DNA of 64,000 nucleotides from an uncultured bacterium (lineage in GTDB: Bacteria; Hydrothermota; UBA3073; NMUJ01; CBEVQO01): the NCBI GenBank assembly GCA_965552055.1, contig CBEVQO010000008.1, forward strand, positions 32,915-96,914, read 5' to 3'. A program made the position numbers and the translations under genes. The notes below the pieces were generated by a model. It saw nothing but the letters and a program-made list of their open reading frames with translations, ran no database searches and was not told the origin of the DNA. Shown one piece after another: positions 37,705 through 47,249 of the stretch (the stretch's first letter is position 1; every line of letters starts with the position of its first letter).

Positions 37705-38697
37705 ATGAAAGGATTTTTTAAATATATTGTGATTTTCATAGCATTCTCCTTATCAGCCGAAAGAATTAAAGATATAACGGAGATAAAAGGGCTACCTAAA
37801 ATTCATGCCGTTGGATACGGACTGGTCGTTGGATTAAAAGGTACAGGTGACCACAGATTGAACACTTACACGATACATTCAATTGTAAATATGCTAAAGA
37901 GATTTGGGATATCGGTTTCTCCCCGGCATTTAACCGCAAGAAATGCTGCTGCCTGCATCGTAACAGCAGAAATACCTCCTTTCGCAAAGATAAATTCAAG
38001 AATAGATGTAAGGGTATCTTCAATGGGCGATGCAAGAAGCCTGGAGGGAGGGGTATTATTGATGACACCTTTAATGGACGAAACAGGAGAAATTTGCTGT
38101 ATCGCACAGGGACCCCTTACTTTATCGGAAAATATTAAAACAACGGGCTACATCCCGAACGGCGGGATAATTGTGAAAACGGTCGTAAGCGAGATAGGAG
38201 ACACATTCTCTTTAATATTGCGTCAGCCAGATTTAACCACGGCTCGCAATTTAAGAGATGTTATAAATGCACAATTCCCTGGAGTAGCACGACTCATTGA
38301 CCCTGCAGAAGTGAGAATAATAGTGCCCCCTCCCTACAGGGGGAGAGGCGCGGCATTCCTTGCCGTCATAGAAACTTTAAATGTAGTAACAGATGAACCA
38401 GCAGTGGTAGTAATAAATCAAAGGACAGGCACAGTGATATCCGGCAGGAATGTCGTGCTCTCCCCCTGTTGTATCGCACATAACGGCTTAAAAATTGAAA
38501 TTTTACCTCAAGCACCTGTACCTCCAGGTTCTCTTTATGTAGTATCAAGGCATGTTATGGCTTTCGAAGGAGCAGCGACTGTCGGAGATGTAGCAAATGC
38601 ACTCAACAAACTTGGAGCAAAACCCGAAGACATAATCTATATTTTCCAGGCAATGAAAAGAGCAGGAGTTTTAAAAGCAAAATTAATAATAATGTAG
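37705..38697 (+). CDS. flgI: Flagellar P-ring protein
   Basis: RIKDI, GYGLVVGLKGTGD, VSSMGDARSLEGG.LL.TPL, VINQRTGTV. Confidence 0.95.
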   Translation: MKGFFKYIVIFIAFSLSAERIKDITEIKGLPKIHAVGYGLVVGLKGTGDHRLNTYTIHSIVNMLKRFGISVSPRHLTARNAAACIVTAEIPPFAKINSRIDVRVSSMGDARSLEGGVLLMTPLMDETGEICCIAQGPLTLSENIKTTGYIPNGGIIVKTVVSEIGDTFSLILRQPDLTTARNLRDVINAQFPGVARLIDPAEVRIIVPPPYRGRGAAFLAVIETLNVVTDEPAVVVINQRTGTVISGRNVVLSPCCIAHNGLKIEILPQAPVPPGSLYVVSRHVMAFEGAATVGDVANALNKLGAKPEDIIYIFQAMKRAGVLKAKLIIM

Positions 38698-38705
38698 GAG
38701 GAAAA

Positions 38706-39137
38706 ATGAAAGTATGGGCTGAAAATCACATGGCAATAACAAAATGCAAATTAAAAAATAATTTAGAGCCTCTAATATTATGCGAAGAACTAGCAGAAGC
38801 AGAAATATCAATCGAATACCTCACTTTCATAAACTTCGATGAAGAAAAAGAAATGACTTTAATATTAAGAAACGGCTGTTTTAAAAAATTACAAAACACA
38901 TTTAAAAAAATAAAAAGGATGTTAAAAATAAAAAACGCAGATTTAAAAGAGACACATTGCTTAACGGTAGCAATTTCCAATGCAAAATACAATTTAGATA
39001 AAAAATCAGAATTGCTTAACACCATTGAAAAGAATATGGAGAGTGAATTTTTATTAATGACACCAATTTCCATGAAAATATTTACGAGCAAGTTAATAAA
39101 TAAAGATTTGAAAACTAAAATAAAGGAGGGGCAATGA
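38706..39137 (+). CDS. Divergent tandem ACT-domain-like protein
   Basis: LCEELAEAEISIEYL; size and pattern parallel the next gene; SD AGGAGG. Confidence 0.5.
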   Translation: MKVWAENHMAITKCKLKNNLEPLILCEELAEAEISIEYLTFINFDEEKEMTLILRNGCFKKLQNTFKKIKRMLKIKNADLKETHCLTVAISNAKYNLDKKSELLNTIEKNMESEFLLMTPISMKIFTSKLINKDLKTKIKEGQ

Positions 39138-39595
39138 CAGCGAGGTCTCCTGTCTGGGTTGAGCAAGATAAAGGTTGTATACTTTTAAAATGCGAAGCAA
39201 AGATAGGAATAGCAAGGACAATTTGCCAGATTATGGCAAGAGAAGGCATAAACATAGAATATATGGTGACAGCAACGATGCCAAAAGAAAAAGAAGGGAC
39301 AATTGTCATAATAGTAAACGCTACAAATCTAAAGAAAGCAGCAGATATATTAAAATCTGCAAGAAAGGAAATTGCTCTTAAGTCCTTAAAATCAGAAGTT
39401 CTCACATGCATAACCGTTGATATAGTTAAAGTGCGGCATGTGCCAGGGGTGGGAGCCAAACTGTTTGCCGAATTCGCGGAAAGGAAAATCGGAGTTTTAA
39501 TAGCAATCACAACAGCTGCCGGGATGAAATTCTATGTGCGACCGGAGGACGCAACACCCGCCATTATAAGCGCTTTAAGGAGGTTAGTGGAATGA
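39134..39595 (+). CDS. Tandem ACT-domain protein (aspartokinase beta-subunit-like)
   Basis: GIARTICQIMAREGINIEYM and HVPGVGAKLFAEFAERKIGV match the AK ACT1/ACT2 patterns. Confidence 0.7.
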   Translation: MTARSPVWVEQDKGCILLKCEAKIGIARTICQIMAREGINIEYMVTATMPKEKEGTIVIIVNATNLKKAADILKSARKEIALKSLKSEVLTCITVDIVKVRHVPGVGAKLFAEFAERKIGVLIAITTAAGMKFYVRPEDATPAIISALRRLVE

Positions 39596-39867
39596 TCCAT
39601 CTTAATACAATACCACCTCATTTACCACCCGATAAAAAGATTGAAGTAGCGGCAAAGGAATTTTATAGAATTTTCAACTATTATCTTTTAAGAGCAATGC
39701 AGAAAACCGTTGATTTTGATGGAAATGGAGACAGTTTCGAGAAAAAATTCTGGCTCGATGTTTTTTGCGATATGCTTTCTGAAGTTTTAGCAGAATGGGA
39801 GGCAAAATGCAGGGGAGGAATATTGCAGAACTTAGCAGAATCCTTGAAAAAGAACTTACAGCGGTAA
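39592..39867 (+). CDS. flgJ: Short rod-cap FlgJ without muramidase domain
   Basis: AAKEF...LLRAMQKTV....G....F....D.....A pattern; position between flgI and flgN. Confidence 0.7.
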   Translation: MIHLNTIPPHLPPDKKIEVAAKEFYRIFNYYLLRAMQKTVDFDGNGDSFEKKFWLDVFCDMLSEVLAEWEAKCRGGILQNLAESLKKNLQR

Positions 39868-40286
39868 AAAATCTAATTTCACTATCGATAAGAAAAAAAG
39901 AATGCCTGTTAAAATCCGACCATGAAAATCTTGCAGAAACCGTAACAGAATTCGAGAAAGAATTACAAAAATTATTGAACATGGAAGAAGAAAGGAAAAA
40001 AATTACTGTAAAAGTAGCAAAAGAGTATAAAATGGAAAATCCAAATTTAAAAGAAATAATAAAAATCGCAGGTAATGAAGCAGAAAGGTTAGAAAAAATA
40101 AGAAACGAATTAAACTCTTCACTAAAAAAATTGACAAAGATAAACTATGATAACGCTTATTTGATATCGAGCCATTTATCCCTATTGAATGAAGTAATTA
40201 ATGTCATTGCGAAAAGGGAGGAAGAGGTCTATTCGAAATCCGGCAAATTAAAGGTCGAAAGGAATATTCTGGAGGGCAAAGCATGA
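39807..40286 (+). CDS. flgN: Flagellar export chaperone FlgN
   Basis: Helical; LEKEL...KKECL...LTKIN..N..L; directly before flgK. Confidence 0.75.
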   Translation: MQGRNIAELSRILEKELTAVKNLISLSIRKKECLLKSDHENLAETVTEFEKELQKLLNMEEERKKITVKVAKEYKMENPNLKEIIKIAGNEAERLEKIRNELNSSLKKLTKINYDNAYLISSHLSLLNEVINVIAKREEEVYSKSGKLKVERNILEGKA

Positions 40287-41647
40287 GCAGGATTCAGGAT
40301 TTATTATACATCGGCAGAAGTGCTTTATTAGCGCAGAGAATAGCAGAATGGGTTACACAGCATAACATCGCAAATGCCAATACACCGGGATATACAAGAC
40401 AGGAGGCAGTTCTATCGCCAGGGATACCAATAAGAATGGTAGGAGCACCGGATTTGCTTGGAACAGGTGTAGAAGTCGAAAGAATAAGAAGAATGAGAGA
40501 TATTTATCTCGATGCAAGATTCTGGTATCAGCAGGGAGTTTTTTCACACTGGGAGATGCGTGAAAAATCTCTAAAAGATATTGAAGAAGTTTTATCACCT
40601 ACTGCTGGTCCAAATTTATCAGATGTTTTAACGGAATTCTGGATGGCATGGCAGGACCTCGCAAATGACCCAGAAAATATGGCTGTAAGACAGGCACTCA
40701 TAGATAAAGCAGATATGCTATGCAGAGAATTCCATAGACTTTATAGCCATTTGACAGATATACAGAGAATGCTCGATGAAGATGTTAAAATTAAAGTTGA
40801 TAGAATAAACACTATAATTAAACAAATCGCAAAAATAAACGAAGATATCGCAAAAGCAGGAGGAAATGCAAATGACTTACTCGACAAAAGAGATAAACTT
40901 GTAGATGAACTTGCAAAATATGTAAATGTGAGAGCAGACCTCGATGAAGAAGAAGTATTTACAGTTAGAATTGGTGGCTTGATCGTCGTACAAGGCAGAG
41001 AATATGTTGAAATAGGATTACAAAGAGAAGAAACCGGATGGAAACTTGTTTATACACCTACTGGTAAAATAATGGATATAGAAGAAGGCGAAATAAAAGG
41101 AATTTACGAAGTAAGAGACGAAATTATCCCTGATTTTCTTAACAAACTTAACACACTTGCATCAACTATAATTAATGAAGTAAACAGGATTCACAGAACA
41201 GGTTATGCTCTTGATGGGATAACAACGGGTCTCGATTTCTTCGATGGAACAGATGCATCGGATATAGAAGTGCGTGCAAATATTGTAGCAGACCCATCTC
41301 TCATCGCAGCATCAGCTGATGGCTCACCGGGTAACAACGGGATAGCCCTCCAGATAGCAGACCTGCAGTATAAACCCATAATGAACGGCGGAACAGAATC
41401 TTTCTCAAAATACTATAACAGTTTGCTAACAAAAATAGGTAACCTTGTGCAGGACGCAGAAGGACGCAGACAGCACGAAGAAGCATTTTTGACATCATTG
41501 GAAGACCAGAAGCAACAGATAGAAGGTGTTGACCTCGATGAAGAAATGCTAAACCTTATGAAATACCAGTATGCATATGAAGCAGCTGTAAAAATGATAA
41601 ATATAACAAATGAAATGATAGATGAACTATTTACGATAATATCATGA
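40283..41647 (+). CDS. flgK: Hook-associated protein 1
   Basis: HNIANANTPGYTRQ, GTGVEV..I.R.RD, NDLLDKRD, GVDLDEEM.NL. Confidence 0.95.
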   Translation: MSRIQDLLYIGRSALLAQRIAEWVTQHNIANANTPGYTRQEAVLSPGIPIRMVGAPDLLGTGVEVERIRRMRDIYLDARFWYQQGVFSHWEMREKSLKDIEEVLSPTAGPNLSDVLTEFWMAWQDLANDPENMAVRQALIDKADMLCREFHRLYSHLTDIQRMLDEDVKIKVDRINTIIKQIAKINEDIAKAGGNANDLLDKRDKLVDELAKYVNVRADLDEEEVFTVRIGGLIVVQGREYVEIGLQREETGWKLVYTPTGKIMDIEEGEIKGIYEVRDEIIPDFLNKLNTLASTIINEVNRIHRTGYALDGITTGLDFFDGTDASDIEVRANIVADPSLIAASADGSPGNNGIALQIADLQYKPIMNGGTESFSKYYNSLLTKIGNLVQDAEGRRQHEEAFLTSLEDQKQQIEGVDLDEEMLNLMKYQYAYEAAVKMINITNEMIDELFTIIS

Positions 41648-42558
41648 GAATAAGTTTGCACACATTCATCAAAAAAGCATTGTTTGATATATGGACTGCA
41701 AAAGAAAGATTATTTAAGGTGCACGAACATTTATCATCGGGTAAAAGATTAACAAAACCTTCCGATGACCCCATCGCCATTTATCATGCTGAAAATATAA
41801 AAAATGATAAAAAAGCAATCTCTCAATATTCAGAAAATATAGCGAATGCAATCGGATGGATGAGATTTACAGAATCCGTCCTTGATACTTTAACAGAAAA
41901 ATTAACAAGGGCAAAACAACTGGCACTTCAGGGCTCAAACGATACTTACACAACAGAAGAAAGACAAAAGATAGCTGAAGAAGTAAATCAAATCTTAGAA
42001 AATATTTATGCAATGTCAAATACCCGTTATAAAGAAAAATATATATTCGGAGGAACAGAGACCCTGACAGAAGCATATTCAGCTGTATATGACCCTGTAA
42101 CAGGCGAGATAACGGATGTATTGCCAAATCCCGCAGGAATAACAGGTCAGATTTTAAGAGAAATAAACGAAAACGAATTCATAGTTATAAACCTATCCGG
42201 AGAAGAAGTATTTTCAGGTCCGGATGTCGATATTTTCGATGTATTAATAGATTTAAGAGACTCATTAAGAACGGATGACATAAATGGTATAAAGCAGGCA
42301 ATTGAAGACCTTGAAACTGCACTAAATCAGGTACTGAGAGCAAGGACAAAACTCGGTGGTATGATGAATAGATTAGAAAATTGCGATTCATTCCTGAAAT
42401 CAAAAGATTTAAGTTTGGAAAAGAATTTAAGCCAGCTCGAAGACGCAGATATTGCAGAAGAAGTAATAATGCTTGAGAAAGAACAGATGTTATATCAGAT
42501 GGCTCTCGCAGCTACCCAAAAAGTTTTATCACTTTCACTTACACAATTTATAGTATAA
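41644..42558 (+). CDS. flgL: Hook-associated protein 3
   Basis: LSSGKRLTKPSDDP, YIFGG, EDADIAE, SLTQF. Confidence 0.93.
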   Translation: MRISLHTFIKKALFDIWTAKERLFKVHEHLSSGKRLTKPSDDPIAIYHAENIKNDKKAISQYSENIANAIGWMRFTESVLDTLTEKLTRAKQLALQGSNDTYTTEERQKIAEEVNQILENIYAMSNTRYKEKYIFGGTETLTEAYSAVYDPVTGEITDVLPNPAGITGQILREINENEFIVINLSGEEVFSGPDVDIFDVLIDLRDSLRTDDINGIKQAIEDLETALNQVLRARTKLGGMMNRLENCDSFLKSKDLSLEKNLSQLEDADIAEEVIMLEKEQMLYQMALAATQKVLSLSLTQFIV

Positions 42559-42639
42559 ACTTTCCCGAAATTTTTCCGAAATATTAAATGCATGCTTGAC
42601 AAAGCTGTAATAAGATTAAAATATAAAGAAGGAGGGAGT

Positions 42640-43431
42640 ATGTGTAAGAAGATTTTATTTATTATGCTAATGACCACGGGAATACTTGTAGCGCAGGAGA
42701 CACCGGAAAAACCTGCAGAAGCACCGGCTGAAATACCGGGAGTGAAGCCATTGAAAGGACCATTCGGAGGAGGTATAGGTTTACTCGCAGGAACTTATTA
42801 CATGCCAGGACTATCCGACCTTGATAAAAAATTATCGGGAACATGGAAAACTATACTGACGGGAGCAGGTAAACTTCCATCCAATCTTTTCATATCGGGT
42901 GTGAGGGCATATGTTTACATTACTCAAAATTTTAGACTGGGAGCATTGTCAATGAATGGAATAACACGAGCAGGTAATGTCTCTGAAATCGATACTTATC
43001 ATTATTCGTGTGAATTCTCAATCTCAAACTGGGCATTTTTAATGGAGTTCTCACCCATAAAGTTTACGGGAAGGGAGTTAACGGTAAGCATAGGTGTAGG
43101 CGGAGGCACTGCAACATTGAGGCTTTTGAAAATATTGAGATTACCCAGCTGGGATGAAATTTGCAGAGGTGATGAAAGAGCATGGGGAGAAGGTTTTGCC
43201 TCGGAGCTGGATGCGGATTTCTTGAACTTTAGAGGCGGATTGGAATTCCTTTTCCCTATAACTGCATGGTTCAAATTGGGATTTGCATTAAACATATCTT
43301 ATGCCAAAATACCTTTCGGAGGATGGTATCTGCACTCTAAGGAACACAGAATAGCAAACTCACCGAGTGTAAGCTTATTTGGAGTGACCTTTGAAATAAC
43401 TCCAAGATTCGACAATAGACCAAGATGGTAA
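42640..43431 (+). CDS. Exported beta-barrel-like protein, paralog 1
   Basis: Signal peptide; GPFGG; LPSWDEI; WYLHS...NSPSV...RFDNR; own promoter and SD. Confidence 0.65.
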   Translation: MCKKILFIMLMTTGILVAQETPEKPAEAPAEIPGVKPLKGPFGGGIGLLAGTYYMPGLSDLDKKLSGTWKTILTGAGKLPSNLFISGVRAYVYITQNFRLGALSMNGITRAGNVSEIDTYHYSCEFSISNWAFLMEFSPIKFTGRELTVSIGVGGGTATLRLLKILRLPSWDEICRGDERAWGEGFASELDADFLNFRGGLEFLFPITAWFKLGFALNISYAKIPFGGWYLHSKEHRIANSPSVSLFGVTFEITPRFDNRPRW

Positions 43432-44102
43432 TACTATTGATGTGCGCATTATGGAAAGCTACGGGCGGAGGAATAGGCACTTACTATTCGTTATTTTTCG
43501 GAAATTTCCAGAAAATGGAAAGGAGACTAAATTTCGGAAACAAAATGGAAATAAACGGAATTTATAGCTACGCATATACAAAGAAAGGAGATAGAATCGG
43601 AATTATTTCTGGAAAGGGATTTATTAGCACTCTGCCCAAATCCCTGAATAACGATACCTTAAATTTTATCTGCAAACTGAAAGTACTTGGCGTTGCCTTT
43701 GAAAAGCCTTTTTTAAAATATTGCATTTTCGGTATAAATTTTTCCCAGATTTCTGCCGAATATTTTATTGGAATGTTTAAAAAAGAAAAAATTAACTGGA
43801 GTGAAGCCTGTGAAGGAGAAAACTTTAGAGCAATTCAGGTAGATGGGAAGTATACTTCCTTTTCTGCATACACGGGATTTGAATTCGGGGTTATTCGTCG
43901 ATTTAAACTCTTTATCGGGGGCGGGATAAACTTTTTAATCATACCAAAAGGTTCTTTCTGGATACATGGAAATAGATATCTCCTCGTAGATTCCCCACAA
44001 ACTTTCATTCACTCATTTTATCTGATAATTAATCCAAAATTTGATGTCAAAGGTTATTATAGAAAAATTTTCTTAAAAGAAAAGAAGGGGAGGAAAAAAT
44101 GA
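43425..44102 (+). CDS. Exported beta-barrel-like protein, paralog 2
   Basis: INWSEA; FWIHG...DSPQT...PKFD. Confidence 0.6.
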   Translation: MVILLMCALWKATGGGIGTYYSLFFGNFQKMERRLNFGNKMEINGIYSYAYTKKGDRIGIISGKGFISTLPKSLNNDTLNFICKLKVLGVAFEKPFLKYCIFGINFSQISAEYFIGMFKKEKINWSEACEGENFRAIQVDGKYTSFSAYTGFEFGVIRRFKLFIGGGINFLIIPKGSFWIHGNRYLLVDSPQTFIHSFYLIINPKFDVKGYYRKIFLKEKKGRKK

Positions 44103-44881
44103 AAAAATTACTTATTTTATGCATACTCGCAGGCAGTGCACTTTGGGCACAGGAAGAGGGTCCGTTTGGCGCCACTTTCACAGTGCATGGAGGTTTACAT
44201 TTTCTCTCTTTCAACAAAGAAATATTAAAAGGACTGGCATTCGCTGGAATTTATAGCGATACACTCCCGGAAACTTATAAAAAGGAGAAAAAATATGGAT
44301 TCGGCAATTCACTTACATCCGTAGGATTCGATGCCTTCGCATATTTCTCTGACCACCATAAAATTGGCATTTTTTATGCACAGGGCTTCAGTAAAGCAAA
44401 AAGGAGAATAAAAAATTGGCCAGTTATAACAGATACCGGTACTATTTATTCACAGGCAAATTCTATTGCAGAAATTTCAATGAGAACCTATGGATTCGAA
44501 CTCGGTTATTCTTCATGGGTAACAGAATCAATAGAACTTGGAGTAGCCTGTGGAATCGGTAAAGCATCTTCTGTCTTCCGAAGATTATTATTACTTTATC
44601 TGCCTACATGGGAGCAAATTAACGAAGGAACGGAAAAACCTCCTTTCTTCATGAGTGAAATATCTTCAAACTTCTTCCTCATAAGACTTGTCCTCTCTGT
44701 TAAATACAAATTCGTTAAATGGTTGATAGTAGGATTACAAACAGGTGGATGGTTTGGAAGAACAAAATTCGGCAACTGGTACATACACGGAATGCAAAAC
44801 ATACCCGATTCTCCCAATGTCAGCTTCAATGGATTTTTCTTTAACCTATCATTAACACTTGACAATAGATCATTAAGATAA
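44099..44881 (+). CDS. Exported beta-barrel-like protein, paralog 3
   Basis: Signal peptide; GPFGA; LPTWEQI; WYIHG...DSPNV...LDNR. Confidence 0.65.
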   Translation: MKKLLILCILAGSALWAQEEGPFGATFTVHGGLHFLSFNKEILKGLAFAGIYSDTLPETYKKEKKYGFGNSLTSVGFDAFAYFSDHHKIGIFYAQGFSKAKRRIKNWPVITDTGTIYSQANSIAEISMRTYGFELGYSSWVTESIELGVACGIGKASSVFRRLLLLYLPTWEQINEGTEKPPFFMSEISSNFFLIRLVLSVKYKFVKWLIVGLQTGGWFGRTKFGNWYIHGMQNIPDSPNVSFNGFFFNLSLTLDNRSLR

Positions 44882-44970
44882 AAATCCAAAAATTTCAGCT
44901 TGACAATCGAATATTTTGGTAATTATTAATAAACAGATGGGGTGGGGGTATAAAATAAAAAGGAGGGGTC

Positions 44971-45564
44971 ATGCGTAAATTATTAATACCCCTAACAGCA
45001 ATTATTATTTTAGCATGTGCAGGAGGCGGTAAAGAAAAAATGCCCGACTGGGTAAAGAGAGGTCCAGGTGCTTTCCCCGGCGACGAAGGAAAATATATCT
45101 ATGGAGTGGGAGTAGCGGACTGGGCAGGTAGTGTTGCAATGACCTATGAGAAAGCAAACCACAGAGCAAGGGTTGAGCTCGCAAGAGCAATTAAAACCTA
45201 TGTAGCTGCAATGGTAAAAGATTTCATGGAATCCTATCCAGAATATTTCACTGACGAAGCAAAAGTTCACACATCAGAATATACGATGAAAATAAGTAAA
45301 GAAATATCGGAAGCCACACTCAGAGGTGCGGTGATAATAGACCACTGGCCAGATGAACCCAAACCCGGAAAACCACTGTATGCACTCGCAAGAGTGGAAA
45401 AAGGTGGAGGAGTTGACGAATGGATTAAAAAACATATTCAGGGATTAATTTTAAAAGCAAAGGCAGAAGCTGCACTTGAAGAACTCGACAAGGAACTTAA
45501 AAAAGTAGATTTGAGAGAAAAAGAAAATATAGAGAAATACCTTGGTGTCCCGATGTCAAAATAA
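44971..45564 (+). CDS. LPP20-family lipoprotein
   Basis: Lipobox ILAC; PDWV; YGVG; A..RARVELA; LRGA. Confidence 0.75.
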   Translation: MRKLLIPLTAIIILACAGGGKEKMPDWVKRGPGAFPGDEGKYIYGVGVADWAGSVAMTYEKANHRARVELARAIKTYVAAMVKDFMESYPEYFTDEAKVHTSEYTMKISKEISEATLRGAVIIDHWPDEPKPGKPLYALARVEKGGGVDEWIKKHIQGLILKAKAEAALEELDKELKKVDLREKENIEKYLGVPMSK

Positions 45565-46720
45565 TTTTTTAAACTTTTTTAAAAAACACCCCCACCCCAT
45601 CTTACTCTGCCTGCTACTTTTAAAGCCACCAGCAAAAACAAAAATTTGTGAAAATTGCGCAGAAGGAATAAGTGCAAAAACTTTCTTCTTAAAAGATGCA
45701 ATAAGAAATGCTAAAGAAAATGCTCTCGAAAAACTCGGAAAACAAATAGAAATAAAACTAAAATCTTTTTTCGAAGAAAATAAAAATACTTTAAAATCCT
45801 TTAACCTCGAATATTCCGATGTGATGCTATTGGGTGCCTATGTGAAAAAGGGTCCATGGCAGGATAAAGACGGCAACACCCACATAATAATGTGCTGGGA
45901 CGAAAAACTCGCCCTTAATCTGTTACAAAAATTAAATTCACAAAAAATTAATTGCATCGGAATAGATACCTTTGCATTAAAATCCCTGATAGATTCAATT
46001 AAAAATTATTATGTTGAAAAACTAAAAGACAAAATTAAATCAGGCAAACTGCCCGCATGGGTTAAAAAACCTCCAAAAGGATATGCAGTGGGATATTGCC
46101 CGAGGACTTTTGAGCGCACAGATGCAATAAAAAATGCAATAGAACAGGGAGCTTATGAACTCGCATCAATGATGGGTGTAAAAGTGCAAAGTTTATTCAT
46201 AACAGCATCGGTGGGACATAACTCATACTGGGATAGAGAAGTGGTAACTTTTGTCGATTTTAAATCTTATTTATCTGCATTGCTCGGAATTAGTGTTGTT
46301 GACGGATATTTCGATAAAAGGGGAAAAATCGAAAAAGATGCAACTTATCTATTATGCTATTTTGATGAAGAAAAATTCAGAGAAAACTTTAAAAAAATAA
46401 GAATAGAAAACAGATTAAAAACGGGAGATATTATACTAACAGATAAAGATACAGCAATCGCTCTCTTAAATTCAGAAATCAATGTAATTGCGAAAAAAGA
46501 TACAATAGGAATATTCCCGATTTATGACGCAATATCAAAGAAGGGAATTTCGTTCTACAGACCGGATACCTCAAAAAGCTTTTTAGAAAAATCGGATTCC
46601 ATTAAAATATTTCTCGAAAAATTTAAGGGAGATACAATATCAATGGAAAAACTCATCAAAACATTTCTCAAAAAATTTGGAAAAGACACCATTATTAAAA
46701 ATCTTCCAAAAATTTATTAA
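45542..46720 (+). CDS. Protein with LPP20-like domain(s); start uncertain
   Basis: LPAWVKKPP..YAVG...AIKNA.....ELA. Confidence 0.55.
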   Translation: MVSRCQNNFLNFFKKHPHPILLCLLLLKPPAKTKICENCAEGISAKTFFLKDAIRNAKENALEKLGKQIEIKLKSFFEENKNTLKSFNLEYSDVMLLGAYVKKGPWQDKDGNTHIIMCWDEKLALNLLQKLNSQKINCIGIDTFALKSLIDSIKNYYVEKLKDKIKSGKLPAWVKKPPKGYAVGYCPRTFERTDAIKNAIEQGAYELASMMGVKVQSLFITASVGHNSYWDREVVTFVDFKSYLSALLGISVVDGYFDKRGKIEKDATYLLCYFDEEKFRENFKKIRIENRLKTGDIILTDKDTAIALLNSEINVIAKKDTIGIFPIYDAISKKGISFYRPDTSKSFLEKSDSIKIFLEKFKGDTISMEKLIKTFLKKFGKDTIIKNLPKIY

Positions 46721-46763
46721 TTTTCACTTGACAAATAAAAATTTTGAATATATTTCCCGCAAG

Positions 46764-47249
46764 ATGAGAAAATACACTGTTTTTATGCTACTGGCTATAA
46801 TACTGGCAAACACCTGCAAAATTAAAGAAAATCCCCCGCATTTCATATATAAATTATATGAATTCGACCCTTTGATCGAGGAAATCGCAAAGAAACATAA
46901 CATAGACCCTGTTCTCATAAGGGCAATTATAATTCAGGAATCGGGCTGTAATCCATACGCCGTATCAAGAAAAGGAGCAAAAGGCTTAATGCAGATAACA
47001 CACTGGATAATAAAAAAGTATAAAATAAATGACCCATTTGACCCTTATCTCAACATATACGCTGGCACTCTTTATTTCAAAGAATTGCTCAATAAATTTA
47101 AAGATGTAAATCTCGCATTAGCAGCATATAATGCAGGACCTACTGCAGTAAAAAAATACAAAGGAATACCACCCTATAGGGAGACAAAAAGATTTGTCCG
47201 TAAAGTATTAAAATATTACGAAATTCTCAAAAGATATTACAAAACTTAA
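46764..47249 (+). CDS. Stand-alone SLT lytic transglycosylase, possibly a lipoprotein
   Basis: IIQESG, GAKGLMQ, ALAAYNAG, IPPYRET; LANTC. Confidence 0.9.
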   Translation: MRKYTVFMLLAIILANTCKIKENPPHFIYKLYEFDPLIEEIAKKHNIDPVLIRAIIIQESGCNPYAVSRKGAKGLMQITHWIIKKYKINDPFDPYLNIYAGTLYFKELLNKFKDVNLALAAYNAGPTAVKKYKGIPPYRETKRFVRKVLKYYEILKRYYKT

